Positions 36,754 to 47,893 are shown, counted from the first letter of the stretch. The stretch is DNA of 64,000 nt from an uncultured Phycisphaerales bacterium (GCA_963755915.1 CAVWLP010000003.1:960001-1024000), one strand, 5' to 3'. Translations and numbers: made by a program. The notes: a model not told the origin generated them from the letters alone.

Positions 36754-37092
36754 TCACCGCATCGTCTTCAGCGCCGTGGCAAGGTCGGCCTGGCACTCAA
36801 AATCGTGCGCCAGCCGGGTGATTTCCAGGATCTTCTTGCAGTTTTCGTCGAGGCTCACCAGTTTCAGCCGGCCGAACAGGTCTTCGCACCGCCGCTTGAT
36901 CCAGAGCAGGCCCTCCAGCCCATCGCTGTCGATGAATTCGCACTTTTGAAAATCGATGACGAAATCGACGATCTGACGCTGGTCGATCCTCTCCTCGATC
37001 GTTTTCTTCGCGTCAGCAACGGCAGGAGCCAGAAGCGCTTCGTGCACTTCGATCACGCAAACCTGGCTGTATTCTTCGCATTTGATGGGCAT
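36754..37092 (-). CDS. STAS-domain (anti-anti-sigma-like) protein
   Basis: VIDFQKCEFIDSDGL, KILEITRL. Confidence 0.88.
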   Translation of the reverse strand: MPIKCEEYSQVCVIEVHEALLAPAVADAKKTIEERIDQRQIVDFVIDFQKCEFIDSDGLEGLLWIKRRCEDLFGRLKLVSLDENCKKILEITRLAHDFECQADLATALKTMR

Positions 37093-37113
37093 TGGGCGGC
37101 GTCCTTCATCCCG

Positions 37114-38807
37114 TTACGAAGCGCAGCGGAGCGTCTGCTGCAACTCCCCAAGCTGCCGGACCCGCCCCGGATTCGCCGCCAATAGTTGCCGGAATTTCTC
37201 CGCCCCGATCCGCAGAAATGCTTCCGTGAGCGACGGGTCAAACTGGGTCCCCGAGCAGCGGCGGATTTCCGTCAGCGCCACTTCCAGCGGCAGCGCCTTG
37301 CGGTACGTCCGGTTGGATGTCATCGCGTCAAAGCAATCCGCCAGGCAGATGATCCGCCCCATCAGCGGAATGTCTTCGCCAATCAGGCCGCCGGGATATC
37401 CCTGCCCGTCATAGCGCTCGTGGTGATGCAGCACGCCGGGAATCAGGTCTGAAATCTGCTTGATGTCCTGGAGAATTTTTGCCCCGATCTGCGGGTGCTT
37501 TTTCATCTGCTCGAATTCTTCGGGCGTGAGGCGTCCGGTTTTCTGCAGCACGCTCTCGGGCACCCCGATCTTCCCCACGTCGTGCAGAAGCCCGGTCATG
37601 TAGGCCCGCTCGGCAAAGGCATCGCCGATGCCCGCTTCCACCGTCAGGTGCCGAGCCAGAAGGGCCACGCGTTCGCTGTGGCCGCAGGTGTACGCGTCCT
37701 TGGCGTCCACCGCGCTGGTCAGTGAGTGCAGCAGCCCCATCATCAGGCCGTGCACGTCTTCGAACAGCATCGCGTTTTCGAGATAGATCGCCGATTCGTT
37801 GGCGATCGAATTGAGCAGCTTAGCGTCCTGTGAATCGAAATCGCCGCCGCCTTTGTTGATGGCGAAGAGGCACCCCAAGATCGTCTCCTCGCGCTGCATG
37901 GGAACGGCCATGAGCTGATTGGCAAATTTCGCCAGCCAGTTCAGCGTTTTGTCGGCCGCCAGGTTATTCACCAGCAGGGGCCCCTTTCGTTCGCGCAGCC
38001 GCGGGATCAATTCCTGCGCCAGCCGCGGCACCGTTCCCGGGGGCAAGCTCATCGGTCCATACAGCACCGGCTCATGCCCGCGCAGCGCCCCGTCGCTCAG
38101 CGCCACACCCAGCCCCTGCACGCCCATCACCTCCAGCACGTCGAGGCAGGCCTGCTTGAAGAAATCATTCGCCGGACGGTTGATCCGCATTCCGCCGCTG
38201 ATCTGGTAGATCAGGCTCAGCTCTTCATACGTGTTGGCCAAATGCCCGGAAAGCGAATTCAGCTCGGTCGCCAGCCCGGAGAGCCGCATCTGGTCCTTGA
38301 GCATCGACCCGGCCATCCGCGCCTCGCGCTGAATCGCCTCGTCGCTGTACGGCACGAGCCCCTCGGCCTGCTGGCGCAGCCACGCCGCGTCCAGACCCAG
38401 CCGGCTGCACATCCGCAATACTTCTTCCGCCAGATTGAAATCCACGCTTCGCGCCGACAGCACCATGAAACCCAGAAGCTGCTTGCGCTCCACGCACGGA
38501 AATGCCGCGAAGACCACCCCCGGAAAACTGCTCCAGACCGTGATTGGCGAAGAGGCCGTCAGTTTTTTGAATTGATTGAGAAGCTCCGGCTCGGTGGGAT
38601 CGCCGTATTGCAGAAGCGGCAGAACATATCTCTGGAAAAACAGCGCCCCCTGGGCGTCGTGGTAGGTGACCGCGCCATCCTTGTCGAGCATCGCCAGGAA
38701 AAGCCCCGCGGCGCGAAAGCGCGATGCCAGGCTGTCCAGCACCGAGGCCGGGATCGCCGTTGCCGCGCGCCGGCCGGCTGCGACGGAGTTTGAATTTGCA
38801 GCGTCAT
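37114..38807 (-). CDS. GAF plus HD-GYP phosphodiesterase; probable frameshift near 38765
   Basis: DAKDAYTCGHSERV, LLHDVGKIG, HHHERYDGQGYP, ADCFDAMTS. Confidence 0.9.
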
Positions 38808-38919
38808 GTTCTCACTGCCTGGCGATAGGCTACTGCGGCGAACAATTCTTCCTGCGTTGTCTCTCTTCTCTCCCTTTAACCGCCCGATAATCCGGGCCCG
38901 TTCCCTGGGTCCCTCATCC

Positions 38920-39306
38920 TCAGGCGGCCGCTGCCGTTTCCGACAGCACCTCGTTTACCGTCGTCAGCAGGGCCCGTGGACTGAACGGCTTGCTCAACAT
39001 CCGCAAAATCCCGCTGTTCTGCGTGTCCTGCGGGTCGAGCTGGTATCCTCGCGCCGTCAGCATGATGGCCGGTATTCGCGCCGTCGACGGATCCTGCTTC
39101 AGCTTCCGGCACAATTCCAGGCCCGATAGCTGCGGCATGTGGTAATCCGTGATCAGCAAATCCGGATGTTCCGCGTTCGCGATCTCCAGCGCCTCCTGCC
39201 CGTCCGCGGCTGTTAAAACTTCGAAACCCGCGTTCCGCAGCTTCAGCGACACGACGTGCAGGATGTGGCTCTCGTCGTCGGCAACCAGAATTTTCTTCAT
39301 GGCCAT
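38920..39306 (-). CDS. Single-domain response regulator
   Basis: ILVADDE, LITDYHMP, MLTA, KPFS. Confidence 0.92.
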   Translation of the reverse strand: MAMKKILVADDESHILHVVSLKLRNAGFEVLTAADGQEALEIANAEHPDLLITDYHMPQLSGLELCRKLKQDPSTARIPAIMLTARGYQLDPQDTQNSGILRMLSKPFSPRALLTTVNEVLSETAAAA

Positions 39307-39339
39307 CTCACTTCCCATGGGGCCACTTCCCCACATCCT

Positions 39340-40791
39340 TCAATCACACAAATCCAGCTCAAAGCCGAAGCAGCTTCCCTTTCCCACATGGCTCTCCACA
39401 AACATCCTTCCACGATGAACCGTCTCGATGATGTGCTTCACCAGCGACAGTCCCAACCCGGTGCCCTTGGCCATGTGGTTGTTGGCCTCGGCTCTGTAAA
39501 ACTTATCGAACACAAACGGCAGGTCCTTGGGTGGAATTCCGACTCCGGTGTCACTTATTCGAGCGATAACCTTTCTCTTCGCTTCATCGACCGTGGTCTG
39601 TACCGTGATCGTCCCCCGCTCCGGCGTGTATTTCACCGCGTTGCTGAGCAGGTTCAGCACCGCCTGGTAAAGCATGTCTTTATCCGCGTTCGTCTGATAA
39701 AAAGCGGGCGTAAGCTGCTCCACCAGGTTTATCTGCTTGAGCCGCGCCTGCGGGCTGATCACTTCCAGGGCCTCCTTGAGGATCACCATCAGGCTCTGCG
39801 GCTGCTTGTTAATCTGCACCAATCCGGATTCGATTCGCGAGATATTCAAAATGTTGTCAATCAGCCGGCTCAGGCGGTTGGCCTCGTTCTGGATGACCTC
39901 ATAAAACTCACGGGTGGTTTTTTCGTCATCGGCCTCACCGTCTATCAGCATCTCGACATACGCCTTGATGCTCGCCAGCGGTGTGCGCAGCTCGTGGCTG
40001 ACGCTCGACACGAAGTCGTTCTTCATCTCCGCGACTTCTTTTTCGCGCGTCATGTCATGCAGCACGGCCACCACGCCGGCCGGGGCATCGTTGTTGTCGG
40101 CGACGGCCGATAAGGTCACCTTGAATATCCGCTCTTCCCCCGGTCCCTTGATCTTGTGCTCGACGATCCGCCGGCCGGTCCGGCTGTTGCTCTGGCGCAT
40201 GTCGCGCACCATCTCCACCAGCTTTTCGTCGCGCAAAATCTCCTCGATCCGCGCCCGCCGCGACCGCTCCAGGTCAAACTGAAACGTCCGTGCCGCCGAT
40301 TCGTTCGCCAGAACCAGCTCGTCGAAAATGTCCGTCACCAGCACCGCATCCGAAATGCTGTAGATGATCGCCTGCGCGTGCTGCCGCTCGCTGGTCGCGA
40401 CCTTGAGCTGAATCTCCAGTTCCTTCATTTTCAGCACCGCGTCCGACATGCACTTTTCCGCCGCGTCGACCATCTCGTTCACCGCCGATATCAGCGGCCG
40501 AATCTCGTGGCTCTCGGTCTGGAGGCTGTTCAATCTCCCCTGCACGGTCATCCGGTGGATCGCTTCGATCAGCACCCGCGTGTTCCGGCGGAAACTCATG
40601 ATCGCCAGCAGCCCCGCGCCCCCCGCCGCCAGGAAGAGCACCGGCCCCAGCATCCCCAGGTCATACTTCCCGCTCACCAGCGCTTCGCGCACCGATCCCG
40701 CCGAGCAGAGCAACCCGCCCACCAGGCAGGTCACCATCAGCAGGGAAAGAATTCTTCCCGAGCGCACGATTGTGATCCTTTGAAAGCTCAT
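39340..40791 (-). CDS. Membrane PAS sensor histidine kinase
   Basis: Two TMs; VSHELRTPL, NLLSNAVKYT, DTGVGIP, GTGLGL. Confidence 0.93.
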   Translation of the reverse strand: MSFQRITIVRSGRILSLLMVTCLVGGLLCSAGSVREALVSGKYDLGMLGPVLFLAAGGAGLLAIMSFRRNTRVLIEAIHRMTVQGRLNSLQTESHEIRPLISAVNEMVDAAEKCMSDAVLKMKELEIQLKVATSERQHAQAIIYSISDAVLVTDIFDELVLANESAARTFQFDLERSRRARIEEILRDEKLVEMVRDMRQSNSRTGRRIVEHKIKGPGEERIFKVTLSAVADNNDAPAGVVAVLHDMTREKEVAEMKNDFVSSVSHELRTPLASIKAYVEMLIDGEADDEKTTREFYEVIQNEANRLSRLIDNILNISRIESGLVQINKQPQSLMVILKEALEVISPQARLKQINLVEQLTPAFYQTNADKDMLYQAVLNLLSNAVKYTPERGTITVQTTVDEAKRKVIARISDTGVGIPPKDLPFVFDKFYRAEANNHMAKGTGLGLSLVKHIIETVHRGRMFVESHVGKGSCFGFELDLCD

Positions 40792-41975
40792 CTCCCCTCA
40801 TCCAGGTTGGTCAGCAGTTGGCCCGCCATCTGGTCGCCCGGCTTCATCCGCAGCGCCTGCTGAAAGCAATCCGAAGCCTGCTCCTTGCGGCCCATCCGGT
40901 CCAGCGTCAAACCCACCATGCACAAGCTCACGGTATCGGATGGATCGAGCAGATTCGCCCGCGTGAACGACGCATACGCTTCGCTCACGTGGCTCTGCCG
41001 AAGCTCCACATATCCCAGCAGCAGATGCCCCTCGCTGCTCTTCTCATCCAGCGCCAGACCGTGCCGCAGCGCCAGCTCGGCCTGCCGCAGGCTGCTCGTC
41101 TGCAATTCCGCGCGCCCCAGCCCAAACCAAACGCCCGTCGAATCCGGGCTGATCTCCGAAGCCTCCTGAAACGTCACCACCGCCTCCGGCGCGTGCGCCG
41201 TCTGAAGCTGGCATTCCCCCAGCGTGATCATCAGATCGCTTCGATGGCCAAACTGCGGATCCGCGATCAGGTCCGACAGGATGCCGGCCGATTCCGAATA
41301 CTGATCGTTGAAAAACAGCGCCAGCGCCAGGTGCTCTTTGATCGTCTGATCGTCGCTCTCCAGAATCCCGGCGCGGCGAAACATCTCGATCGCCTCGGGA
41401 TATCTACCTTCCTGCATCAGCAGCAGGCCCACTTCATCGCGAATCTGCCCGCTGTGCTCGAAATACCCCATCCGCGACTGGAGCAGCGCCAGCGCCTGGT
41501 CCCGGCAATCCATCGAAACCAGCGTCTCCGCCTTCGCCAGCACATACGCCAGCTCTGCCGGATTCTTGGTGCAGGCTGACTGATAATACTCCAGCGCCTT
41601 CTCCGGCTGCTGCCAGCGCTGGTAGATCACCCCGCACAGATAATCCGCTTCCGCATTTGCCGGATCGAGCTTGCGCGTTTCCGTCAGTTCCCCCTCCGCC
41701 GGCTCCAGTTGCCCCGCCTCGATATAAAGCTTGGCTGAGAGAATATGCGCCGTCGTGCTCGCCGGCGTCATACGCAGGGCCTGGTCGATCGTCGCCCGGC
41801 TCTTCTCCAAATCCCCGTTCTTATATTGATCCGACGCCAGCCCGATCAGCACCGTCGACTGGGCATCATTCCAATCCTTCCGCGCCTGCTCTGTCGCTCC
41901 CGGACTCTTCGTCGTTGACGCACAACCCGCGACCAATGCCGCCGCAATTAAACTTGAAACAATTGCTTTCCACAT
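40788..41975 (-). CDS. TPR lipoprotein, candidate pilotin
   Basis: Lipobox LVAGC; multiple TPRs; directly follows the secretin. Confidence 0.8.
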   Translation of the reverse strand: MWKAIVSSLIAAALVAGCASTTKSPGATEQARKDWNDAQSTVLIGLASDQYKNGDLEKSRATIDQALRMTPASTTAHILSAKLYIEAGQLEPAEGELTETRKLDPANAEADYLCGVIYQRWQQPEKALEYYQSACTKNPAELAYVLAKAETLVSMDCRDQALALLQSRMGYFEHSGQIRDEVGLLLMQEGRYPEAIEMFRRAGILESDDQTIKEHLALALFFNDQYSESAGILSDLIADPQFGHRSDLMITLGECQLQTAHAPEAVVTFQEASEISPDSTGVWFGLGRAELQTSSLRQAELALRHGLALDEKSSEGHLLLGYVELRQSHVSEAYASFTRANLLDPSDTVSLCMVGLTLDRMGRKEQASDCFQQALRMKPGDQMAGQLLTNLDEGR

Positions 41976-41996
41976 AGTTACTCCAATGGCGCTCAA

Positions 41997-43955
41997 TCAA
42001 TGCCCGCTTGCCACAGCGATATTATTTTTCCGCGGCGCATCCGCCTGATCATCCGGTTTCGTCGCCGGCTGCGTCGCCGGGGGCACTTCGGTGTCCTCGA
42101 TGATCTGGTCCCGCACAAAATCCCGAATCGCCGAATTGTCCACATCCGTCACCACTTTCCCGGTGATCTTCTCTTTCAGATCGATGGCTTCCAGAAAATG
42201 CGGGTTCAGATTGATCGCGCAGTTCAGATGCCACAGCGCGACGTTGACGTTGGGGTGCGGCTTGTTCATTTCCGCGACCGCGTTCTCATACGCGGTCTCC
42301 GCCAGCCGCTCGCGCCCGTACCACATCATTCCCTTTCGCACGCCCACGCGCATTTTGTCGGCCTGCTTCAGCAGGTCTTCGCTCGCCGCGCTGAATTCCG
42401 AATCATCCTTAATGATGTGCGGCGTCAGCAGGATGATGACCTCCTGGCGAACAGTGCTGTCGGTCTTGCTGCGGAAAAGCGCGCCGATGAGCGGGAGATC
42501 GCCGAGAATCGGCACCTGGTTGCGCGAGGTCTGACTGTTTTCGCGGAACAGCCCGCCGATCACGATCGTGTTACCGTCCTTGATCATTACGTTGCTGGTG
42601 ACCTGCGTGGTGGTCTTGTCGGGCAAATTGTTGGTCACCGATCCGGATGAGTCCTCGGGGTGAATCTCCATCCGGATGAACCCGTCATCGCCGATGAATG
42701 GGCGAAAGCTCAGGATCGTTCCCGTGTTGAGGAACTGCACCGTTTGCGTTGAAGTCGTGGATGTGACAGTCGTCGTCTGATATCCGAGCTGTTGGCCAAC
42801 CTGCACTTCCCCGGCCTGCTTGTTGAGGACGAGCACCTTCGGGTTGGCCAGCACAGTGGCATCGGTGGCGCTTTCCAAAGCCGAGATGAAGACGCCCAGA
42901 TTGTTGTGAATGATGCCGATCTGAAGCCCACCCGGCGGAACCTGCGTGTCGTAATTTCCAGTGGTCCCGCCCGCGTATCCCTGTCCAACGATGCTGGCCG
43001 GGGTCGGTGTCCCGGCAACCGTCGTCCCCGTGGAAGTTGTCACGCTGTTCAAAATCGTGCTGGCCAGGGCGCTCGTCAGCGGCGTCCCCGATTCCATTAA
43101 CTGGTCGAAATTCACTCCGCCCATCAGCGAGAAATCGATGCCCAGCGAATTATTGTCGTTAAGTGTCGCTTCGAAAATCGTCGCTTCGACGAGAATCTGC
43201 TTGGGCCGAACGTCGGCTTCCTTAAGGATTTTGGCGACCTGATCGAGGCTGTCCGGGTAATCGCGCACCACCAGGATGTCGGCGCCCGACTCGCTGTTGC
43301 CGCCGGTGGGAACGCCTCCGCTGGAGGTTCCGGTGTCGCCGCTCACATCGCCCGTGTCGATCCCGGTGGTGGCGTCTTTCGTGGAGGATGCGATGGCGTC
43401 CGCGCTCAGCGCCGGCTTGATCAGGGCCAGTGCATCAGCAGCCGGAAGGTAGTGCAGCGTAAAGGTCCGCGTCAGCGCCTGCCGCTCGGCTTTCTCCCGC
43501 TCTTCCAGCTCCTTCTTCGTATAGACAAATACCAGGTTGCCCTTTTGTTTCCACACCATTCCGTTGGTATCGAGAATGGCATCCAGAGCCTGGGAAACCG
43601 TGACGTTGTTGAGATCCATCGCCGGCACGTTCCCCTGCACCTGCCGGCTGGGAATAATGCTGAGCTGCGCCTCATCCCCGATGATCCGCAGCACGTGGAT
43701 GATGCTGTCCTCATTGCCGATCTGAAGGCTGAACGTCCCCGCCTCCCCCGAAACCAGCTTCGATGGCGAATTGCTCGCCGCCGAAGAAGAATCCGCCGCA
43801 TTCGCCGCCGGCTCCGCGTCCCCAATCAGTTTCACGCTCGTGGAAGAATCGGAAGATCTGTCCGAACCGTCACCACCCGCAAAAACCACCGGACCGTAAT
43901 AAACGGACGCGGCAGCGAAAAAAAGAAGACCGACTGATCGGGTCCACTTGCGCAT
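41997..43955 (-). CDS. Secretin (PilQ/GspD family)
   Basis: QILVEATIFE, LANPKVLVLN, DGNTIVIGGL, VPILGDLPLIGALF, IILLTPHII. Confidence 0.95.
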   Translation of the reverse strand: MRKWTRSVGLLFFAAASVYYGPVVFAGGDGSDRSSDSSTSVKLIGDAEPAANAADSSSAASNSPSKLVSGEAGTFSLQIGNEDSIIHVLRIIGDEAQLSIIPSRQVQGNVPAMDLNNVTVSQALDAILDTNGMVWKQKGNLVFVYTKKELEEREKAERQALTRTFTLHYLPAADALALIKPALSADAIASSTKDATTGIDTGDVSGDTGTSSGGVPTGGNSESGADILVVRDYPDSLDQVAKILKEADVRPKQILVEATIFEATLNDNNSLGIDFSLMGGVNFDQLMESGTPLTSALASTILNSVTTSTGTTVAGTPTPASIVGQGYAGGTTGNYDTQVPPGGLQIGIIHNNLGVFISALESATDATVLANPKVLVLNKQAGEVQVGQQLGYQTTTVTSTTSTQTVQFLNTGTILSFRPFIGDDGFIRMEIHPEDSSGSVTNNLPDKTTTQVTSNVMIKDGNTIVIGGLFRENSQTSRNQVPILGDLPLIGALFRSKTDSTVRQEVIILLTPHIIKDDSEFSAASEDLLKQADKMRVGVRKGMMWYGRERLAETAYENAVAEMNKPHPNVNVALWHLNCAINLNPHFLEAIDLKEKITGKVVTDVDNSAIRDFVRDQIIEDTEVPPATQPATKPDDQADAPRKNNIAVASGH

Positions 43956-43959
43956 AGTT

Positions 43960-44592
43960 TTAATCCATCATGAGGGCCAGCTTCACGCCCTCCCGCTCCA
44001 CGATCAGCCGCCGCGGCTGAATCTTCAGGACGTGAAAGCCCGCAACGCTGCTTCCTTCTCGCACCAACTGCCCGTTCACCATCGCACCGGGCGCGGCGCC
44101 AAGCACGATCGCCTCCAGCTTCAGCGCCTCCGCGGCTATCCGCACGTTATCGACCAGGATTTGCCGCTGCTCCTGTTGATCGGCTCGCGAAGCCATCGAC
44201 TTTTTAACAAGGTCCCAATAATTCGCCCCGCCGCTCGTATCCGTCCCCACCACCGACGCGTCCCGCGGATAAAAATCGAAAGGAACCGCAAAAGGGTTCC
44301 GCCCCAGCGTCCCGATCGGCGTGCGCGCCCACTGCTGCAGCGTCTGGCCGCCCAGCACGATCCGATGCGGCATCGGCGCCGTCACCGGCGCCTGGCTGAC
44401 CGTGAAAGGATTCCCCACCACTCCCGCATGCGCTGCCGCCGGGGAATGCGCGCCTAGCAGCAACCGGGCCCATACAATGATCATCACCAGCCCCAGCAAT
44501 CCCGCGGCTGAGCTCTTCCCCGGCGAGGCGCGCAGCGTCCCCATCATCTTTTCCCACTGCGATCCTGGAGCGGCCACTATCGCCATTCTCAT
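43960..44592 (-). CDS. Bitopic pilus accessory protein (PilP/GspC-like position)
   Basis: TM, RNPF, LKLEAI...AMVNGQLVREG; lies between pilO and the secretin. Confidence 0.6.
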   Translation of the reverse strand: MRMAIVAAPGSQWEKMMGTLRASPGKSSAAGLLGLVMIIVWARLLLGAHSPAAAHAGVVGNPFTVSQAPVTAPMPHRIVLGGQTLQQWARTPIGTLGRNPFAVPFDFYPRDASVVGTDTSGGANYWDLVKKSMASRADQQEQRQILVDNVRIAAEALKLEAIVLGAAPGAMVNGQLVREGSSVAGFHVLKIQPRRLIVEREGVKLALMMD

Positions 44593-45152
44593 CCTTCCGA
44601 GTAATAAAGATCCATCAGCACTTCCACCTTCACCTTCCCCACCGAGTCATCCCCGGTGATGGAAAGGTTCTTCACCCGGGTCAGTCGGGACAGATCGTCC
44701 ATCTGCCTCAAAAATTCGAACACGCTCATGAAATCCCCGTTGAATTTCAGGCTGATCGGCAGCTCGTAAAACTGCTCGTCCTTCTTCGGCGTCCCCGGCC
44801 AGCTCACCGACCAGTCTTTCAAGTCGTCCCGCCGCGCCAGCTCCGCCATCTCGATCTGAAACTGCCCAAGGTCTCCCGGATTGGCCGGCAGCTTCTTGAA
44901 ATCCGCCAGCGTCGCCTTCAACCGGTTGATGTCCGATTGCACCTGCGGCAACGCCAGCGCCTGCGTCTGCACCTGCGTCAGCTCGCGCTCCTTCTGGGTG
45001 ATCCGCCCCACAAGGCTCTGCACTCGCCCCGTTTCTGGACGGAAAACCAGGCAATAAAACGCCACCGTCACCATCATCAACAGGCAAACCAGCGCCTGCT
45101 GAATCCGCGTGAACCACTGAATTTGTGTCCTCAATGACGGCATATCATCCAC
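44589..45152 (-). CDS. pilO: PilO-like protein
   Basis: TM, coiled coil, FYELPISLKFNGDF...LSRL. Confidence 0.8.
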   Translation of the reverse strand: MDDMPSLRTQIQWFTRIQQALVCLLMMVTVAFYCLVFRPETGRVQSLVGRITQKERELTQVQTQALALPQVQSDINRLKATLADFKKLPANPGDLGQFQIEMAELARRDDLKDWSVSWPGTPKKDEQFYELPISLKFNGDFMSVFEFLRQMDDLSRLTRVKNLSITGDDSVGKVKVEVLMDLYYSEG

Positions 45153-45774
45153 CCGCCTGCTGATCCGTCAGGTCGATCCCGAACGAAATCTTGAAGTCCC
45201 GCATCATGTGCCCGTTCTGGTCCACGTCCTTCGTCGAAACCGATCCCTCCACGTAATTCGGAATCGTCGCCACCCGGATCATGAAATTCCCCAGCTCCAC
45301 GTCGTTGGGCGCGACGCCGTGCAGCGTCACCAGCAGCTCCCGGCTCTCCTGGATCTTCCCCCCAGCCGACAATGGGCCTGTCAGCGGACCAGCCATCGCG
45401 TGCGTCTGCGCCTGCGATTCCACCGTCATGTCCAGCAGCGCCATCTCCTTCGGCATCATCTGCTGAAGGGCGTCCATCAGCCGGGCCATCGGCAAATTCG
45501 GGCCCACGTGCGCCATCAGCTTCACCTGGTCCGACATCTGCGCCTTCAGCGATTCCAGCTCCGCCAGCAATTGCAGATCATGGTTCGATTGCGTCAGCTC
45601 CTTCTCACGCGTGCTCAGCAGCGTCTCCTTCCCCATCACGTTCCGCGCCGAGAGGATCATCCACAGGCTCAGCCCGAGGAATACAATAATCCCCAGCCAG
45701 GCCTCCATGAACAGAATCCGCCGCTTCTGCCGAAGCGTCGAATACCACGCGGGAAGGAATTCCATTTCACGCAT
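45145..45774 (-). CDS. pilN: PilN-like protein
   Basis: EFLP N-terminal motif, TM, coiled coil, LHGVA; follows pilM. Confidence 0.75.
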   Translation of the reverse strand: MREMEFLPAWYSTLRQKRRILFMEAWLGIIVFLGLSLWMILSARNVMGKETLLSTREKELTQSNHDLQLLAELESLKAQMSDQVKLMAHVGPNLPMARLMDALQQMMPKEMALLDMTVESQAQTHAMAGPLTGPLSAGGKIQESRELLVTLHGVAPNDVELGNFMIRVATIPNYVEGSVSTKDVDQNGHMMRDFKISFGIDLTDQQAGG

Positions 45775-46999
45775 TGAGGGCCTCCTGGGCCGTGGCAATC
45801 GTGATCACCGCCGGCTCTGCCGCCTTCTGAGGTTGTGCTGGTGCCGGCGCCTGGGCCGGAGGCGGCGCAGGCATCATTGAGCGCGGGGTACCGTCCTTCG
45901 GCGCAAATCTTCCGCTTGTACGCTTGAGTCCCAGCCCCATCGCAACCGCCCAATCCCCCGACGGTTGGCGATTATCAAACCCCGGCATCGTCGCGCAATC
46001 AACGCTCAAGAGCGGCCGCGACGGTTCCACCGGAATCCCCAGCACCGAGTGCAGCATCGCCAGCAGTTGCGGATCCCCGCCCTCTCCGCCGCTCAGGCGC
46101 ACCCTTAGCGGCCGCTGGCCGCGGAACGTCACCGAGTGGTACCGCAGGCACAGCGAAATCTCCCGCGCCAGGCTCTCCACCGTGCTCCGCGTCGCATCCA
46201 GAACCGCCAGCCGAACCGTATCCGGTCGCGCACCCTCCGGCTGATCGATCAATCGCCGCCGCAGCGCCCGCGCTTCGTCCGCCCGGACTCCCAGCTTGCG
46301 TGAAACCGCGGAATTGAAATCCGCGCCCCCCATCTCGATCGCCTTGAAAAAGCTGATGTCCCGCCCCTTCCCGATCAGAACCTGCGTGCACTTTGTCCCG
46401 ACGTCCACCAGCACGTGCACTTCCTGCTCATCTTCTTTCCGCCGCACGAACCGATCGATCGTGCGGTAAAGCGCACACGGCTCAACGTCGAGCGAATCCA
46501 GTAGCAGCCCGGTGCGATGAAGCTGTTCCACGAACCGGTCCACATCCGCATTCCGAGCCGCCAGCACCACTACTTCCTGCCGCACGTCCGTCCCCTGCCG
46601 GACTTCGCCGGCGACCAGGAACTCCACGTGTGCCTCCTGCGTATCAAACGGAAACGCCCCCCGCGATTCAAAATCAATCACCGTCGCCAGTTCCCCGGGC
46701 GGCATCGGTGGCAAACGAAGGTTCTTCACGTGCACGATATGCCGCGGAAGCGCCACCACCGCGCTGCGACCGTTGAATTGCCCGCCCCGCATCAGCTCCC
46801 GAATTGCCTGCGCCGCCTGCGGCGATATCAGCTCCGCCGCGTTCCCCTGACCCGCCGAGCTCGCCCCATCCAGCATCCGCCGGGCGGATGCATGCACCGC
46901 CAGACCGTTCTCGCGCACCTCCAGCTGCAACATCTTCACGCTGTCGTGACCGATGTCCACGCCGATCGGCTGAGTTTGCGGACGGTTCAGGCGAAACAT
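45767..46999 (-). CDS. pilM: PilM-like actin-fold protein
   Basis: IGVDIGHDSVK, VDVG, LSGG, AVAMGLGL. Confidence 0.88.
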   Translation of the reverse strand: MFRLNRPQTQPIGVDIGHDSVKMLQLEVRENGLAVHASARRMLDGASSAGQGNAAELISPQAAQAIRELMRGGQFNGRSAVVALPRHIVHVKNLRLPPMPPGELATVIDFESRGAFPFDTQEAHVEFLVAGEVRQGTDVRQEVVVLAARNADVDRFVEQLHRTGLLLDSLDVEPCALYRTIDRFVRRKEDEQEVHVLVDVGTKCTQVLIGKGRDISFFKAIEMGGADFNSAVSRKLGVRADEARALRRRLIDQPEGARPDTVRLAVLDATRSTVESLAREISLCLRYHSVTFRGQRPLRVRLSGGEGGDPQLLAMLHSVLGIPVEPSRPLLSVDCATMPGFDNRQPSGDWAVAMGLGLKRTSGRFAPKDGTPRSMMPAPPPAQAPAPAQPQKAAEPAVITIATAQEALNA

Positions 47000-47014
47000 A
47001 TTCCTCCCAACAAT

Positions 47015-47572
47015 TCAATCAACCGTCAGGTCTCCCGTGTCCTTGGCTACCGAAATCGTCAGCGAATAATTCCCGCTGGTCAGCGTGATCGTCCCCGCCG
47101 CGCTCAGCGGCGTCAGCGCGCCCGCGTTAAACGAGTACGGAACCCCCGTCTCGTCAAACGCGATCGTGCTCTGCCCGTTGAAGCTCGCCGACGTCAGCGT
47201 CACCGACTGCGAAACATTGTTCGGGCCCTCCGAACCAAACGTCATCACGTAATCGTTCAGGTTAACCGGATGCTGAATCACCCGCTGCGGAGACATCGAG
47301 CTGTAAAGCCCATACTCCTGGCTGGAAATGTTGAAGCTCACATACTGCGTCGTTTGCGTCGAAATCGCCCGGTTCTGGGCGTACAGCAAATCCGCCATCA
47401 CCGTCCGCGCCGCTGCCCCCGTGCTCGACTGGTCCGTCGACGCCACCTGCGGCAAAACCACCGCCGACGCAATTCCCAATATCACGACGACGGCCAGCAC
47501 CTCTGGAAAGGTGAAAGCCCGAGCGCGCACGCCTGGTCTGCTATTTTGCTGTTTTGTTCCTGATGACATCAC
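47015..47572 (-). CDS. Minor pilin (GspH/FimT-like)
   Basis: A|FTFPEVLAVVVILG; DLLYAQNRAI; IAFDETG. Confidence 0.8.
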   Translation of the reverse strand: MMSSGTKQQNSRPGVRARAFTFPEVLAVVVILGIASAVVLPQVASTDQSSTGAAARTVMADLLYAQNRAISTQTTQYVSFNISSQEYGLYSSMSPQRVIQHPVNLNDYVMTFGSEGPNNVSQSVTLTSASFNGQSTIAFDETGVPYSFNAGALTPLSAAGTITLTSGNYSLTISVAKDTGDLTVD

Positions 47573-47595
47573 GCAACCTCGGTTGGCGACCGGGG

Positions 47596-47859
47596 TTATT
47601 TGCCGTCATTGTCATCGGGCTTTGCAACCACCACCTGTAGCTTCCCCGATTCGAAAACACTCTCCATTTTGTCCAGTTTATCGCCTATGCCTTTCAGTGT
47701 GTCGTTAGTGGATTTGAGCTGGTTGATCATCTCATCCCGCTGCGCCCCCGCATCCGGTATCTGCCCCTGGGCACGGTTTATCGGACCCCCAAACCACTGG
47801 TTCAGAATCATCACCACTTGCAGCACCAGCACCGTCGCAAGAACTCGATTCGTCGTCAT
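47596..47859 (-). CDS. Small membrane-anchored coiled-coil protein within the pilus operon
   Basis: N-terminal TM; IPDAGAQR...LKSTNDTL. Confidence 0.6.
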   Translation of the reverse strand: MTTNRVLATVLVLQVVMILNQWFGGPINRAQGQIPDAGAQRDEMINQLKSTNDTLKGIGDKLDKMESVFESGKLQVVVAKPDDNDGK

Positions 47860-47893
47860 CGGAAATCTCCAAGCTTCTGGCGAAACAGTCCGT

